Part shown: one piece after another, positions 17,049-27,088 of the stretch
Layout: every line of letters begins with the position of its first letter
Numbering within the stretch: the first letter of the stretch is position 1
NCBI GenBank assembly: GCA_963666275.2
Contig: CAXXOA010000002.1
Location: forward strand, 1,472,001-1,536,000
Direction of reading: 5' to 3'
Source of the DNA: Oceanispirochaeta sp.
Lineage (GTDB): Bacteria > Spirochaetota > Spirochaetia > DSM-2461
Length of the DNA: 64,000 bases
Position numbers and translations under genes: made by a program
Notes under the pieces: generated by a model
The model's input: the letters and a program-made list of their open reading frames with translations, nothing else
Databases searched by the model: none
Told to the model about the DNA's origin: nothing

Positions 17049-17369
17049 TTATTCTCCCTGTACCTGCTTCAGGCAGGAGAAGACCAGATCTTTTTCCATC
17101 GGGGGAAGATCCTGGCAGGCCGCCTCGAAGAGGCGGAGTACACGCTTGTAGCTGACCCGGCCGCTGGAACTGAGGGAACCTTTTCCGCTCGAATTCCTCT
17201 GCCAGGTCAGACAGCGCTGTACGGATTTTTTATCGTAGCAGAGCTGAAAGCCGGTTATCTCGCTATGGGTTTCATCATACCAGACAATCAAATCCATATT
17301 ATCGTCAACAAACCATCGTCTCGGGCCGTCCTCAGGAATCTGACGAACCCCCTCGATTTCTTTCAGCAT
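17049..17369 (-). CDS. Small hypothetical protein
   Basis: RBS GGAGGAG; tightly packed between co-oriented genes; RRWF..DLIVWY..GFQLCYDK looks like a conserved family. Confidence 0.7.
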   Translation of the reverse strand: MLKEIEGVRQIPEDGPRRWFVDDNMDLIVWYDETHSEITGFQLCYDKKSVQRCLTWQRNSSGKGSLSSSGRVSYKRVLRLFEAACQDLPPMEKDLVFSCLKQVQGE

Positions 17370-17388
17370 TGCTCCTCCGCAGGAGGTC

Positions 17389-19038
17389 TTAGTGAACTGT
17401 TCTCAAAGCCTGTGCAATATTCAGACAGTAATCACCAATACCTTCAATCTGTCTTACAATATCAAGATACAGCAATTCACCCTTAATATCAGCACCGCTT
17501 TTGATATTTTTCCGGACTTCCTTCTTCAGGGTTTTCCGTGTTTTATCAATTTTATTTTCCAGTTCATAGGCCTCGGCAAGCTGCTCTTTGTTCAGATGCT
17601 CGTTCATATGGCCTTTGATAAAGCCCAGGAACTGCTGAACCATCCTGGTAAAGGGTAGCAGTTCGTCAATGGCTGTATCATGAAGGGGGATCTCTTTCTT
17701 GTACCGGCGCTGAGAGAGCAGGATCAGGTTGTAGCAGCTGTCTCCGATACTTTCCAGTTCGTTGACGATTCTCATCATGGCGCTAATATTGGCCCGGCCT
17801 GATTCATTGAGGTTTTCTGCAGAACATCGGATAAGGAATTTTGTAATCTCTTCCTGCATCTGGTCGGTATACTCTTCCATCTCCTTGATCTCATCAACCT
17901 GGGCACCCATTTTCTTGTCGGGGTTTTTGAAAACATCCACGTAGATATCAAACATATCCTCCACCATGTCGGTCATGGAGGCTACTTCTTTCTGTACCTT
18001 GATCACATTGATTTCAGGAACATTCTGTATGGTGGATTCGATAAAAGGCAGGGTATATTGTCCCAGTCCCACTTCGTTCTTGCCGGGATGGACCATCTTT
18101 TCCACGAGCGCGGCAATCTGATTGACAAAACCGATGAATACCAGGGTGTTCAGAATGTTGAACATGGTGTGGAACATGGCCAGATGTGTGGTGATCTCGT
18201 CGCCGGGAACCACAAAATCAACCAGCCTCAGGAAGGGGTTGAATATGATCATAACCACGATAACTCCCGCTACATTGAACAGGATATGCACCCGGGAAGC
18301 CCTTCTGGCATGAACATTCGCGCCGATCGAAGCCAGGTAGGCGTCGATGGTTGTTCCGATATTGGCTCCCATGATCATGGCGGCTGCGGCTTCGTAGGGA
18401 ATAAGGCCGCTGTGTGCCATTGTCAGAGTGATTGCCATGGAGGCACTGGAAGAGTGGACAATGATGGTGATCAGTGCTCCCGCAAGGGTAAAAATCACAA
18501 TAGAGATAAAACCGCGTCCTGCGAAGTCAGACAGGAAATGAACCTGTTCCGCTTCCAGATCGGGCATGGCGTGTTTCATAAAGGACAGTCCCAGGAAGAG
18601 GAGACCGAATCCGATCATAAACTCACCCCAGTCTCTCCTTTTGCTGACTTTAGAGAAGTACAGCGGCAGTCCCACACCTATGATGGGCAGGGCAATGGAA
18701 CTGATGGAAAACTTGAATCCCAGCAGTGAAACAATCCATCCGGTTACGGTGGTACCGATGTTGGCACCCATGATGACTCCGATGGCCTGTGTCAGATTGA
18801 GCAGTCCCGCATTTACAAAACTGACAACCATTACTGTTGTGGCTGACGAGGACTGAATGATCGCTGTAATAGCAAAACCAGTAATGACGGAAACAAAACG
18901 GTTGGCAGTGATATGGTTCAGTGTCTTCTGAAGACCTTCTCCTGCCGCTTTCTGAATCCCTTCGCTCATAATTTTCATTCCGAAAAGGAAGAGTCCCAGG
19001 GATCCTATTATCTCCATTATAGAAGAGAAAATTGTCAT
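17389..19038 (-). CDS. Na+/phosphate cotransporter (NptA/YjbB family) with PhoU-like C-terminus
   Basis: QSSSATT and HSSSAS repeats, two GANIGTT motifs, ELESIGD and QIEGIGD helices. Confidence 0.93.
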   Translation of the reverse strand: MTIFSSIMEIIGSLGLFLFGMKIMSEGIQKAAGEGLQKTLNHITANRFVSVITGFAITAIIQSSSATTVMVVSFVNAGLLNLTQAIGVIMGANIGTTVTGWIVSLLGFKFSISSIALPIIGVGLPLYFSKVSKRRDWGEFMIGFGLLFLGLSFMKHAMPDLEAEQVHFLSDFAGRGFISIVIFTLAGALITIIVHSSSASMAITLTMAHSGLIPYEAAAAMIMGANIGTTIDAYLASIGANVHARRASRVHILFNVAGVIVVMIIFNPFLRLVDFVVPGDEITTHLAMFHTMFNILNTLVFIGFVNQIAALVEKMVHPGKNEVGLGQYTLPFIESTIQNVPEINVIKVQKEVASMTDMVEDMFDIYVDVFKNPDKKMGAQVDEIKEMEEYTDQMQEEITKFLIRCSAENLNESGRANISAMMRIVNELESIGDSCYNLILLSQRRYKKEIPLHDTAIDELLPFTRMVQQFLGFIKGHMNEHLNKEQLAEAYELENKIDKTRKTLKKEVRKNIKSGADIKGELLYLDIVRQIEGIGDYCLNIAQALRTVH

Positions 19039-19221
19039 GTTCGGTTTACTCCTGAATTATTTTTTTTCAATAAGTGGAAGCAGGTTTTCCTGATTATTGG
19101 AAACCTGACAAATCTCTTACAGTTTAGTAGATACGGGGAGGAAAACACAAGGATAATCCCTCTGTTCAATTAGAAAATTAACACAATTCTAACAATTGAA
19201 AAAATAGAGCATCCAATTGTG

Positions 19222-20049
19222 TTAGATTTTTCTTTTTTTGAGGATCGCAAAGAGGCATAATCCGAGGAGGGTAAAGAAATAGGGAAAGCTGAGGATCAGG
19301 GACGGGGGAATCTGCAGAGATCCCTGGGCCCTGTTGGCTATTGCTTCCGCCGCCGCAAAAAGGAGGCAGGCCGCCCCGATTCCCGGGACTTTCCTATAGC
19401 CCAGGTAGATCGCCACCAGGGCTATCCATCCCTTGCCTGCGGACATGCCTGGAACAAAAACCCCCAGTCTGTGCGAAAGGGCGGCTCCGGCAATCCCGGC
19501 AAAAACTCCCGACACAAGGACCGCCGCTGTCTGGGTCCTCTCCGGAGAGAGGCCCCGGCTTTTCAGAAGGTCCGGCTTTTCTCCGGATGCTCTGAGTGCA
19601 AGTCCCGGATAGGTCCGGTACAGGAAGATCAGCATAGCCGCCGCCAGGATCAGGGCCGACCATGTATAAAGATCCAGCCCGCCGGGAGTGATGAGGGCTC
19701 TGGCCTGTTCCAGGCGGATGACTCCCTGATTGCCGAAGAGGGACTGGGAGAGAGAGGCGATAAGAGCGGGCATGAGGATATTGATTCCCAGGCCGGTAAT
19801 AAAAATATTGCCTCTCAGCCTGAAACTGCTGAAGCTGAAAACCCAGGCTGTCACCAGTCCGGCTGCGGCGGCTGCCAGGGCCCCCGCCATGAGGCTGCCG
19901 GTCCAGTGGGTCACCACAAGGGCCGCAAATGCTCCGGTCAGAATCATTCCCTCCAGGGCTATATTGAGAACTCCCGCCAGTTCTGTGAGCAGTCCGCCCA
20001 GGGCTGCCAGCAGAAGGGGAGCGGCGCTGTTGATAATAGATAGGATCAT
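19222..20049 (-). CDS. Nucleoside/sugar ABC transporter permease
   Basis: GVLNIALEG, GLALRASGE, AGKGWIAL motifs. Confidence 0.9.
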   Translation of the reverse strand: MILSIINSAAPLLLAALGGLLTELAGVLNIALEGMILTGAFAALVVTHWTGSLMAGALAAAAAGLVTAWVFSFSSFRLRGNIFITGLGINILMPALIASLSQSLFGNQGVIRLEQARALITPGGLDLYTWSALILAAAMLIFLYRTYPGLALRASGEKPDLLKSRGLSPERTQTAAVLVSGVFAGIAGAALSHRLGVFVPGMSAGKGWIALVAIYLGYRKVPGIGAACLLFAAAEAIANRAQGSLQIPPSLILSFPYFFTLLGLCLFAILKKRKI

Positions 20050-21044
20050 TTTTTTCTTCCTCTTAAAGCCTGGGATGAAATGAGGAGAAACAGGACTCCC
20101 TGGATAATGCTTCCCAGCTCAAGGGAGAGGTGGGACTGAAGCACCGCCAGTCTGGCTCCCTGGGTCATCCAGGAGAAAAAGAACACCCCCGGGACCAGAA
20201 AGAGAGGGTTCCGGGAGGCAATCAGGGCTACGGCTATGCCGTTCCAGCCCAGTTCGCCTGTAAATCCGAGGATCCCCGCATAATAGGTTCCGCACAGGGC
20301 TATGGCTCCGGCGGTTCCGTGGAGCGCGCCGCTGGCCGTGAGGGGGAGGGTGTCGTATATCCCCAGGTTCAGTCCTCCGAAACGGGCGAATTCCCTGTTG
20401 TGGCCGGTCATCCTCAGTTCATATCCTCGCCGGGAGTGATGAAGAAAGAAATAGGCCGTCGGAATCAGCAGGATCACAAGGACAAAAGAGATATTGAAGT
20501 GGCTGGGAGGCATCAGAAGGGGAAGCCTGTACCGGTCCGGAATACTCAGAGATTTCAGCAGATAGCTGTCGGGGTCGCTGAGAGGGTTCAGGATCATATG
20601 GTCCACTACTTTAATCATGCCCGCCGAAAGGAGAAAGGTGCTTATCAGTTCATCCACATCCCAGAAGGACTTCATCAGTCCCGAAAGGAACGCCAGGGCT
20701 CCTCCGGCCAGGGCGCCTCCCAGGATCATCATGCCGACTCCCACAGGGGCGGGCAGATCGGGAAACCGGAGTGCCAGGACCAGAGCCGCCAGGGCTCCCG
20801 TATAGACCTGTCCCTCTCCCCCCAGATTGAAGGATCCGGCGCTGAAGGCCAGGATGATGCCCAGCCCGGTCAGGGTCAGCAGAACCGAATAGTTGAGAAA
20901 GTTGCCGAAAGACAGTGTGTTGCTGAAAATACCGGGAAAAAAGTAGAACAGAGTCTCCCCGGGCTGTCTGCTGAACATCAGAATCACCGCCGTGGCAATG
21001 ACAATACAGATTATAAGGATGCGGAATACCGAGGGGATTTTCAT
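20046..21044 (-). CDS. Nucleoside/sugar ABC transporter permease
   Basis: FNLGGEGQ, GYELRMTGHN, GWNGIAVAL motifs. Confidence 0.9.
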   Translation of the reverse strand: MKIPSVFRILIICIVIATAVILMFSRQPGETLFYFFPGIFSNTLSFGNFLNYSVLLTLTGLGIILAFSAGSFNLGGEGQVYTGALAALVLALRFPDLPAPVGVGMMILGGALAGGALAFLSGLMKSFWDVDELISTFLLSAGMIKVVDHMILNPLSDPDSYLLKSLSIPDRYRLPLLMPPSHFNISFVLVILLIPTAYFFLHHSRRGYELRMTGHNREFARFGGLNLGIYDTLPLTASGALHGTAGAIALCGTYYAGILGFTGELGWNGIAVALIASRNPLFLVPGVFFFSWMTQGARLAVLQSHLSLELGSIIQGVLFLLISSQALRGRKK

Positions 21045-22534
21045 AGTAGGTCTGCTCCGGTCATGCGTTCTCCAATGGTCTTTCTTGTCCAGACTCCCTC
21101 TTCGGGAGGTGTATGGGTCAACTCGCCTGCCGTGAGGACTGCAATCCTGTCGGACAGAATCAGCAGCTCATCAATGTCCGTAGTCAGAAGGAGTACCGCG
21201 GCGCCCTGATCCCTGGCCTGGAGTATCTGTTTGTGAAGTTTTTCCCGGCTTGAAAAATCCAGTCCCCAGCTGGGTTCCGAAATGATAAGCAGGGAGGGAT
21301 CTTCATGAAGCTCTCTTGTGAGGATCATTTTCTGGATATTGCCCCCCGAAAGGGTTTTGACAGGCTGGTCGGGGTGTCCGGTGATCTCCGCCTTTTTGAT
21401 AAGGTGGACCGCCCAGTCTCTCAGGCGGGTCCTGTAGCTCTTTCCCGAGCCTTTCAGTTTCCTTTTGAGAAGGATCAGATTCTCTCCCAGAGTCGATTCC
21501 AGGCTGGCGCCCCTGGTCAGTCTGTCCGCCGGAATATAGGAAATTCCATGCTTGCGGAACCGGTAGGGCGTCAGGTAGGGGATGGCTTTCCCCTTCAGGA
21601 GGAAGCGGCCTTCCCTGGGGCGTATGGCTCCGGTGATCAGGTCTTCCAGAAAGATCAGACCGTTCTCCCGTATGCCCGCAATGCCCAGAATCTCTCCGCC
21701 GTAAAGGTCGGCGCTTATGTTTTTAAGCCGGGCGGCTCCCTGTTCATCGTAACTGATGTTCTCCAGTCTCAGAAGAACCTCTTTTTTCCGGGGAGCCCTG
21801 TTGGCAAACTCTCTCTTCTTTTCGGGGTCGGGATTTTCCCGTCCGATCATGGCTTCCGAAACGTCTCCGGGAGTCAGTTCCGACAGGGGTTTAATCAGTT
21901 TCAGTTCTCCTTTTCTTATAACCGCAATTCTGTCGGCCAGGGAGAAAGATTCCTGAATCCTGTGTGTTATATAGAGGATGGTTCTGCCTTCTTCTTTGAG
22001 ACGCCTTATAAGTTTTATAAGGTTTTCTGTCTGCTGATCCGTCAGGCTGGCACTGGGCTCGTCAAACACAAGGATCTGCCGGTCCAGAACCAGAGACTCC
22101 AGCAGTTCCGCCCGCTGAATCTGGGCGGCCGTGAGTTCGTAGGTCATCCTGTTCAGATCCAGAGGCAGGTCGTATTTTTCCTGGACGGCCCGGATTCTCT
22201 CTTTCTGCCGGGACGGTTGTATCCGGAAACTGCTGTCACGGTGCCCCAGGGCTATATTTTCCCAGACTGCCAGGCCTCCGGCCAGGATGGGCTTCTGGTG
22301 GATCATTCCCACGTCTTCGTTCTGCGGAAAACTCACTGCCCCCTGATCGGGGCTGTAAAAACCGGAGAGTATGTGCATCAGAGTGGATTTCCCTGCGCCG
22401 TTCTCACCCATCAGGCAGAGGATCTCTCCCTTGTTTACAGAGAAGGTGATACGGTTGCAGGCGATGATACCGCTTTGCGGGAATGCCTTGGTTACATCTT
22501 TCAGTTCAATGCTGCAGGCATGGGGGGTCTGCAT
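21041..22534 (-). CDS. ABC transporter ATP-binding protein (CUT2 type, tandem domains)
   Basis: GENGAGKST Walker A; LSGGNIQK signature in the second domain. Confidence 0.93.
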   Translation of the reverse strand: MQTPHACSIELKDVTKAFPQSGIIACNRITFSVNKGEILCLMGENGAGKSTLMHILSGFYSPDQGAVSFPQNEDVGMIHQKPILAGGLAVWENIALGHRDSSFRIQPSRQKERIRAVQEKYDLPLDLNRMTYELTAAQIQRAELLESLVLDRQILVFDEPSASLTDQQTENLIKLIRRLKEEGRTILYITHRIQESFSLADRIAVIRKGELKLIKPLSELTPGDVSEAMIGRENPDPEKKREFANRAPRKKEVLLRLENISYDEQGAARLKNISADLYGGEILGIAGIRENGLIFLEDLITGAIRPREGRFLLKGKAIPYLTPYRFRKHGISYIPADRLTRGASLESTLGENLILLKRKLKGSGKSYRTRLRDWAVHLIKKAEITGHPDQPVKTLSGGNIQKMILTRELHEDPSLLIISEPSWGLDFSSREKLHKQILQARDQGAAVLLLTTDIDELLILSDRIAVLTAGELTHTPPEEGVWTRKTIGERMTGADLL

Positions 22535-22539
22535 AGTCT

Positions 22540-23571
22540 CTATCTCAGCTGAAGCTGACCATCCTTGAACTGGGCGACCAGCTCTTTCTGGGCATTTCTG
22601 AGGGATTCGGGAACACTGGATTCATACAGGGGATCATCGCTTATAAAGTCGAGGAATCCCTCTTTTACTCCCGCATAGACAGAGGATCCCGCCGGGAGTT
22701 TTCCCTGCAGAGCCAGAAGGGTCTGTTCATAGGCGGCTTTGTCCTCCCGGATCAGACCGCTGCCTATCACCGTACCCGGTTCAATGGAATAGCCGTTTGT
22801 ATCATACCAGAGGACATATTTTCCCTTCTCTTTGGCTGCGGTCACAACCCCCTGGTTGGCTCCTCCCGCAATCGTCAGGATCACATCCACACCCGAATCT
22901 ATCATGCTTCTGGTCAGGTCTGATGCTTTTGTCGCATCGTACCAGTTACCGATGATCCGGAAATCCACCACTGCTCCGGGTGCTGCAGCTTCCACTCCCT
23001 GCTGAAATCCCGGACGGATTTTCTGGTTCATCTCAGGATATTCCTGACCGGCAATGAGGCCTATCTTTACATCGCTGTTGGCTCCGGCCATATCGGATGT
23101 GGTCACCAGGCCGGCAAAATAACCAAGCATATAGGAGAGCTCCAGATGGCTGAAAAGGAAGGTGGAGATAGTGTCGTTTTCAATTCTGCTTCCCTCGAGA
23201 ACAAGGAATTCCTGGTCGGGGTATGTTTTCTTGACTTCCCGGCATATCTCGGGCATGGCGGGGTTTGAACTTATAATAAGGTCGTACTGTTTTTCCGAGG
23301 CCAGAGTCTGGACCTGTGTGGCCCACTCGGCCTGATTAAAGCCGCCTTCCACAGTTTTCACTTCCGCACCCATCTCCAGAGCGGCTTTCCGTACTCCTTC
23401 GTCCATCATTTCATAGGTGGGGCTCCCTGCAAGGACACCGGGAACAAAAACAGCGATCCGGGCCGGTTCCTGCGAATCCTTCCGGGCAGTCCCGGCAGTC
23501 TCATTTTTCTGGCAGCCTGCCAGAAAGAGTGCTGAAAGACAAATTATGGCAATAAATGCTTTTTTAATCAT
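22540..23571 (-). CDS. BMP-family (PnrA-like) substrate-binding lipoprotein
   Basis: Lipobox LAGC; SYMLGYFAG, GNWYDATKA, GVDVI..AG pattern. Confidence 0.88.
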   Translation of the reverse strand: MIKKAFIAIICLSALFLAGCQKNETAGTARKDSQEPARIAVFVPGVLAGSPTYEMMDEGVRKAALEMGAEVKTVEGGFNQAEWATQVQTLASEKQYDLIISSNPAMPEICREVKKTYPDQEFLVLEGSRIENDTISTFLFSHLELSYMLGYFAGLVTTSDMAGANSDVKIGLIAGQEYPEMNQKIRPGFQQGVEAAAPGAVVDFRIIGNWYDATKASDLTRSMIDSGVDVILTIAGGANQGVVTAAKEKGKYVLWYDTNGYSIEPGTVIGSGLIREDKAAYEQTLLALQGKLPAGSSVYAGVKEGFLDFISDDPLYESSVPESLRNAQKELVAQFKDGQLQLR

Positions 23572-23704
23572 GGAAATCTCCTCCCGGAGAAATCTCTCCG
23601 GTAATGACTTTTATAGATATAAATTATTAACGAATTTCAAGTTGTTTTCGAATTATGATGAATTCCATTGTCAGCGTAAAGAGCTGATAGATGAATTCCT
23701 CTTA

Positions 23705-23734
23705 TTGACCCCTGAAAAGAGGGTGTGATATCTT
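23705..23734 (+). promoter_or_regulatory. Putative sigma70 promoter for prs
   Basis: TTGACC-18 bp-TATCTT with extended -10 TG. Confidence 0.45.
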
Positions 23735-23792
23735 TTGTGTGATAATTGCAGGGGTGCTCAGGACACCTCAACCCGTTAGCAAAGGACATTCA

Positions 23793-25028
23793 ATGAGCTT
23801 TTCGAAACCCACATCCCTGGGAGTCATAGCCTGCCCGGGCGGCGAAGCTTTCGCCGATGAGATTACCTCTCATCTCAAAACAATCTATAGAAGACGATTT
23901 GATAAAAAAGTCGGCTATATCAGCCGCCTTTACGGTCTTGAGAAGGAAGAGGTCTATAAGCAGGCAAATTTTGCCGATGATATCATTTCTCACAGGGTAT
24001 CCACTGTGGGTGATGGAAAGGCTTACAGGAGTCCGTCCTTCAAGATCCCCTGTAAATCCACAAGATTTGCCAATGGTGAGATCAAGGCGGAGATCCTCCG
24101 GTCCATCAGAGGGATGGATATTTATATTGTTCAGGATGTAGCGAATAATAATCCCGTAAAGTTCTTCGGATCCGACGAAGAGGTTGTCTGTTCCGTCAAC
24201 GATCATCTTATGACTTTGCTGGTTACGATCGATGCGGCTTTTCGTTCGGGAGCCAGACGGGTTTCACTGGTTATGCCTACCTATCCCTACAGCAGGCAGC
24301 ACAAAGCCAAAGGGCGGGAAGGGCTGACCGCATCGACTCTGGGCCGTATGTTTGAAAATATGGGGATTGAAAGAATCATTACCCTGGATATACATTCCAA
24401 GGAGATTGCCCATACCTTCAAGCATCTCTCACTGGAAAACCTTCATGCCTCCTATCAGATTCTGAGGCAGCTGAACGGCAACATAGATCTTCAGGACGAA
24501 GATCTTGTCGTTGTGTCTCCGGATACCGGAGCGATTGAGCGGAATAAGTTCTATGCCAACTCCCTGAAAAAGCCTCTGGCTCTTCTTTATAAGGAAAGGG
24601 ATTACTCCAAACTCACAAGAAGCGCTGCAGATTCCAATATCACTTCAGCCAGGCTGCTGGGGGATGTGAAGGATAAAACAGTTTTTATTGCAGACGATAT
24701 GCTGGGAACCGGAGGAACACTGATCAAAGCCATGAAACTCATCCGGGAGATGGGGGCCAAGAAAATTATCTGTTCCGTCTCTCTGCCCATGTTCTCCGGT
24801 GCTGCGGTGGATCATTTTGACGAAGCCCACAAAGAGGGGTACTTCGATTATATCGTTGGTACCAATGCTGTCACGCTTTCCGATGAAATCCTTCAGAAAG
24901 AGTGGTTCTTTTCCGCCAGCGTTTCCAATCTGTTTGCCCGGGCTATTTCCCGGGTTCACCACAACCGCTCGGTTTCTCCCCTGCTGGACAACAGTAAGAT
25001 GATACAGAGGATGCTGAAAAAGAGGTAA
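23793..25028 (+). CDS. prs: Ribose-phosphate pyrophosphokinase (long, spirochaete-type)
   Basis: RFANGE, YPYSRQ, TLDIHS, VSPDTG, DDMLGTGGT; start set at ATG 23793 with RBS AAAGGA. Confidence 0.93.
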   Translation: MSFSKPTSLGVIACPGGEAFADEITSHLKTIYRRRFDKKVGYISRLYGLEKEEVYKQANFADDIISHRVSTVGDGKAYRSPSFKIPCKSTRFANGEIKAEILRSIRGMDIYIVQDVANNNPVKFFGSDEEVVCSVNDHLMTLLVTIDAAFRSGARRVSLVMPTYPYSRQHKAKGREGLTASTLGRMFENMGIERIITLDIHSKEIAHTFKHLSLENLHASYQILRQLNGNIDLQDEDLVVVSPDTGAIERNKFYANSLKKPLALLYKERDYSKLTRSAADSNITSARLLGDVKDKTVFIADDMLGTGGTLIKAMKLIREMGAKKIICSVSLPMFSGAAVDHFDEAHKEGYFDYIVGTNAVTLSDEILQKEWFFSASVSNLFARAISRVHHNRSVSPLLDNSKMIQRMLKKR

Positions 25029-25031
25029 ATA

Positions 25032-26429
25032 TTGGTTCTTGCCGTCGATATAGGGACGTCTTCCATGAAAGGCGGTCTGATCAGTAAAGAAGGTTATCTT
25101 TTTTCCTATCATAGAGTCCGCTTTCCTCATGCTGCCATCTCCCGGGAAAGTCATTTTTCCGCAGAGCTGTGGATGGACGGGCTCAGGGAGATCGTCGCGG
25201 CTGTGGGGCCTGCAAAAATCAGTGCGGTAGCCATAAGCGGGAACGGGCCTACGATGATCCCGGTAGCTGCTTCGGGAAAGCCCCTCGGTCCTGTTCTTCT
25301 CTGGCATTTAAAGCAGAGCGAGGATCAGGAGAAAACCACATCCTACTATCTGCCCAAAATCAGCTGGCTGAAAAAAAACAGTCCTGAAGTCTATGATAAG
25401 GCGGATCTTTTTCTCTCCTGTCCCGAACTTCTGATGTATCAGTTGACCGGGGAGGCTGTAATGGTTACGCCTCACCAGGACTTCCTTCCTTTTATCTGGG
25501 ATGATGATGTTCTGAACCGTCTGGGGCTGGATTCCGGTAAATTTCCCCGTATTGTGGAAATGGGAACCCTGGCCGGACAGGTCCTTGAAAAACCCTATCT
25601 TCAAACCGAACTGAAGCCTGGGACTCCTGTTGTGGCATGCGGATCGGACTTTATGGCTTCTCTCATCGGTTCGGGAGCTGTCTTTCCCGGTAAGATCTGC
25701 GATAGAGCGGGAACTTCCGAGGGGATCAATTACTGCTCCGAGGTTTCCATAGGAAATCCCCATCTCAGGGAGCTGCCCCATGCTGTTCAGGGGTATACCA
25801 ATATATCAGCCATACTCTCTTCCACAGGAAGTCTGTTCGAATGGTACAGGCATCTTACAGGGCAGGAAAGTTTCAGGTATGACCAGACCATGGATGGAGT
25901 CAGTAAGACTTCGGTGGAGCAGGATCATCCCAAGTTCTTTCCGAATATGAAGCAGGGGTATCTATGGGAATTTTCCAACGGCATGTTTACCGGTCTTGAT
26001 CCGGAACAGGGACGCTATGAACTGGGCCGGGCCGTTATGGAGGCGATAGGTTTTGCTGTCCGCAGAAGTCTGGAACTCTTCGAGGCTCAGGGGCTTCCTG
26101 TTCATGATCTGCGTATCTCCGGTGGTCAGGGGAAAAGCCGGGTATGGAATCAGATGAAGGCGGATATTACAGGAAAGGTTATTCTGATTCCCGAAATTGA
26201 AGACGCCGAGCTCCTGGGGGATGCCTGTATCGCCGCTGTGGCTCTGGGTAGGTTTCCGGATATTCAGAGTGCCTCTCTGGAGCTGGTTCAGATGAAACAT
26301 GAGATATATCCCGACAGAAAAAACCGGATAATATATGATGCCAAATACAGGCAGTACAGAGAGAATTGCGAAAGGGTTATGACCTTCTACAGGAGCGAAA
26401 ACGGTCCGGAGGGTACCTCCTGTCTCTAG
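25032..26429 (+). CDS. FGGY-family carbohydrate kinase (xylulokinase-like)
   Basis: LAVDIGTSSMK, AGTSEG, ISGGQGKSRVWNQMKAD. Confidence 0.88.
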   Translation: MVLAVDIGTSSMKGGLISKEGYLFSYHRVRFPHAAISRESHFSAELWMDGLREIVAAVGPAKISAVAISGNGPTMIPVAASGKPLGPVLLWHLKQSEDQEKTTSYYLPKISWLKKNSPEVYDKADLFLSCPELLMYQLTGEAVMVTPHQDFLPFIWDDDVLNRLGLDSGKFPRIVEMGTLAGQVLEKPYLQTELKPGTPVVACGSDFMASLIGSGAVFPGKICDRAGTSEGINYCSEVSIGNPHLRELPHAVQGYTNISAILSSTGSLFEWYRHLTGQESFRYDQTMDGVSKTSVEQDHPKFFPNMKQGYLWEFSNGMFTGLDPEQGRYELGRAVMEAIGFAVRRSLELFEAQGLPVHDLRISGGQGKSRVWNQMKADITGKVILIPEIEDAELLGDACIAAVALGRFPDIQSASLELVQMKHEIYPDRKNRIIYDAKYRQYRENCERVMTFYRSENGPEGTSCL

Positions 26430-26524
26430 GAGTCGCCGGAGAAGGGCTATTCCTATCTAAATATTTAATATATAGTGAGATATCTGCCATGGCAGATATT
26501 AGTTCTTTTTTTTGAAAAAAGCTG

Positions 26525-26553
26525 TTGACAAAAAAAAAGCATTTTGGTACTTT
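26525..26553 (+). promoter_or_regulatory. Sigma70 promoter at the head of the ribosomal supercluster
   Basis: TTGACA-17 bp-TACTTT with extended -10 TG and an AT-rich upstream region. Confidence 0.8.
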
Positions 26554-26573
26554 ACATGAGCATTTCACAGCGT

Positions 26574-26646
26574 GCCTCTGTAGCTCAGTCGGTAGAGTAC
26601 GACCATGGTAAGGTTGGGGTCACCGGTTCAAGTCCGGTCGGAGGCT
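26574..26646 (+). tRNA. tRNA-Thr(GGT)
   Basis: Acceptor GCCTCTG/CGGAGGC, D arm AGCTCAGTCGGTAGAG, anticodon loop ATGGTAA, GGTTCAAGTCC; CCA not encoded. Confidence 0.97.
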
Positions 26647-26710
26647 GTAATTACTTTTATTCTAAATGGCTGCCTGGATTATCCGGGGGCTTTTTCAGGC
26701 GGGAGAAAAA

Positions 26711-26887
26711 ATGGCTAAGGCGAAAAAAGGTGCTGTAGAGTTGGTCGCTCTTCAGTGTACAACTTGTAAAAGAAAAAATTATACCACCAGCAAGAATAGA
26801 AGGAACATTCAGGGTAAACTTGAGTTCAAGAAATATTGCAAGTGGTGTAAAAGCTCAACAGAGCACAAAGAGACCAAGATTAAATAG
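26711..26887 (+). CDS. rpmG: 50S ribosomal protein L33 (Zn-ribbon form)
   Basis: CTTC...NYTTSKN...KKYCKWC...HKE. Confidence 0.97.
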   Translation: MAKAKKGAVELVALQCTTCKRKNYTTSKNRRNIQGKLEFKKYCKWCKSSTEHKETKIK

Positions 26888-26896
26888 GTTTTATAC

Positions 26897-26970
26897 AGGC
26901 CAGTAGCTCCAATGGCTAGAGCGCCGGTCTCCAAAACCGGATGTTGTAGGTTCGAGTCCTACCTGGCCTG
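26897..26970 (+). tRNA. tRNA-Trp(CCA)
   Basis: Acceptor AGGCCAG/CTGGCCT, anticodon loop CTCCAAA, GGTTCGAGTCC. Confidence 0.97.
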
Positions 26971-27088
26971 TATTTTATATTTTTAGAGAAAAGATTTCTA
27001 CCTCCGGCCCCTGGTCGGAGTTTGTTTGTCTTTTCAGGTGTATTGAAAAATCCGGCTAGACCGGTATTTTTTTAACCGGGAGCTTGTT

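Noticed and set aside
1522..22552. Long antisense ORFs (e.g. 1522-2334, 9565-10497, 20130-21209, 21305-22552)
   Set aside because: They lie opposite well-supported genes, lack recognisable motifs, and are expected from codon bias.
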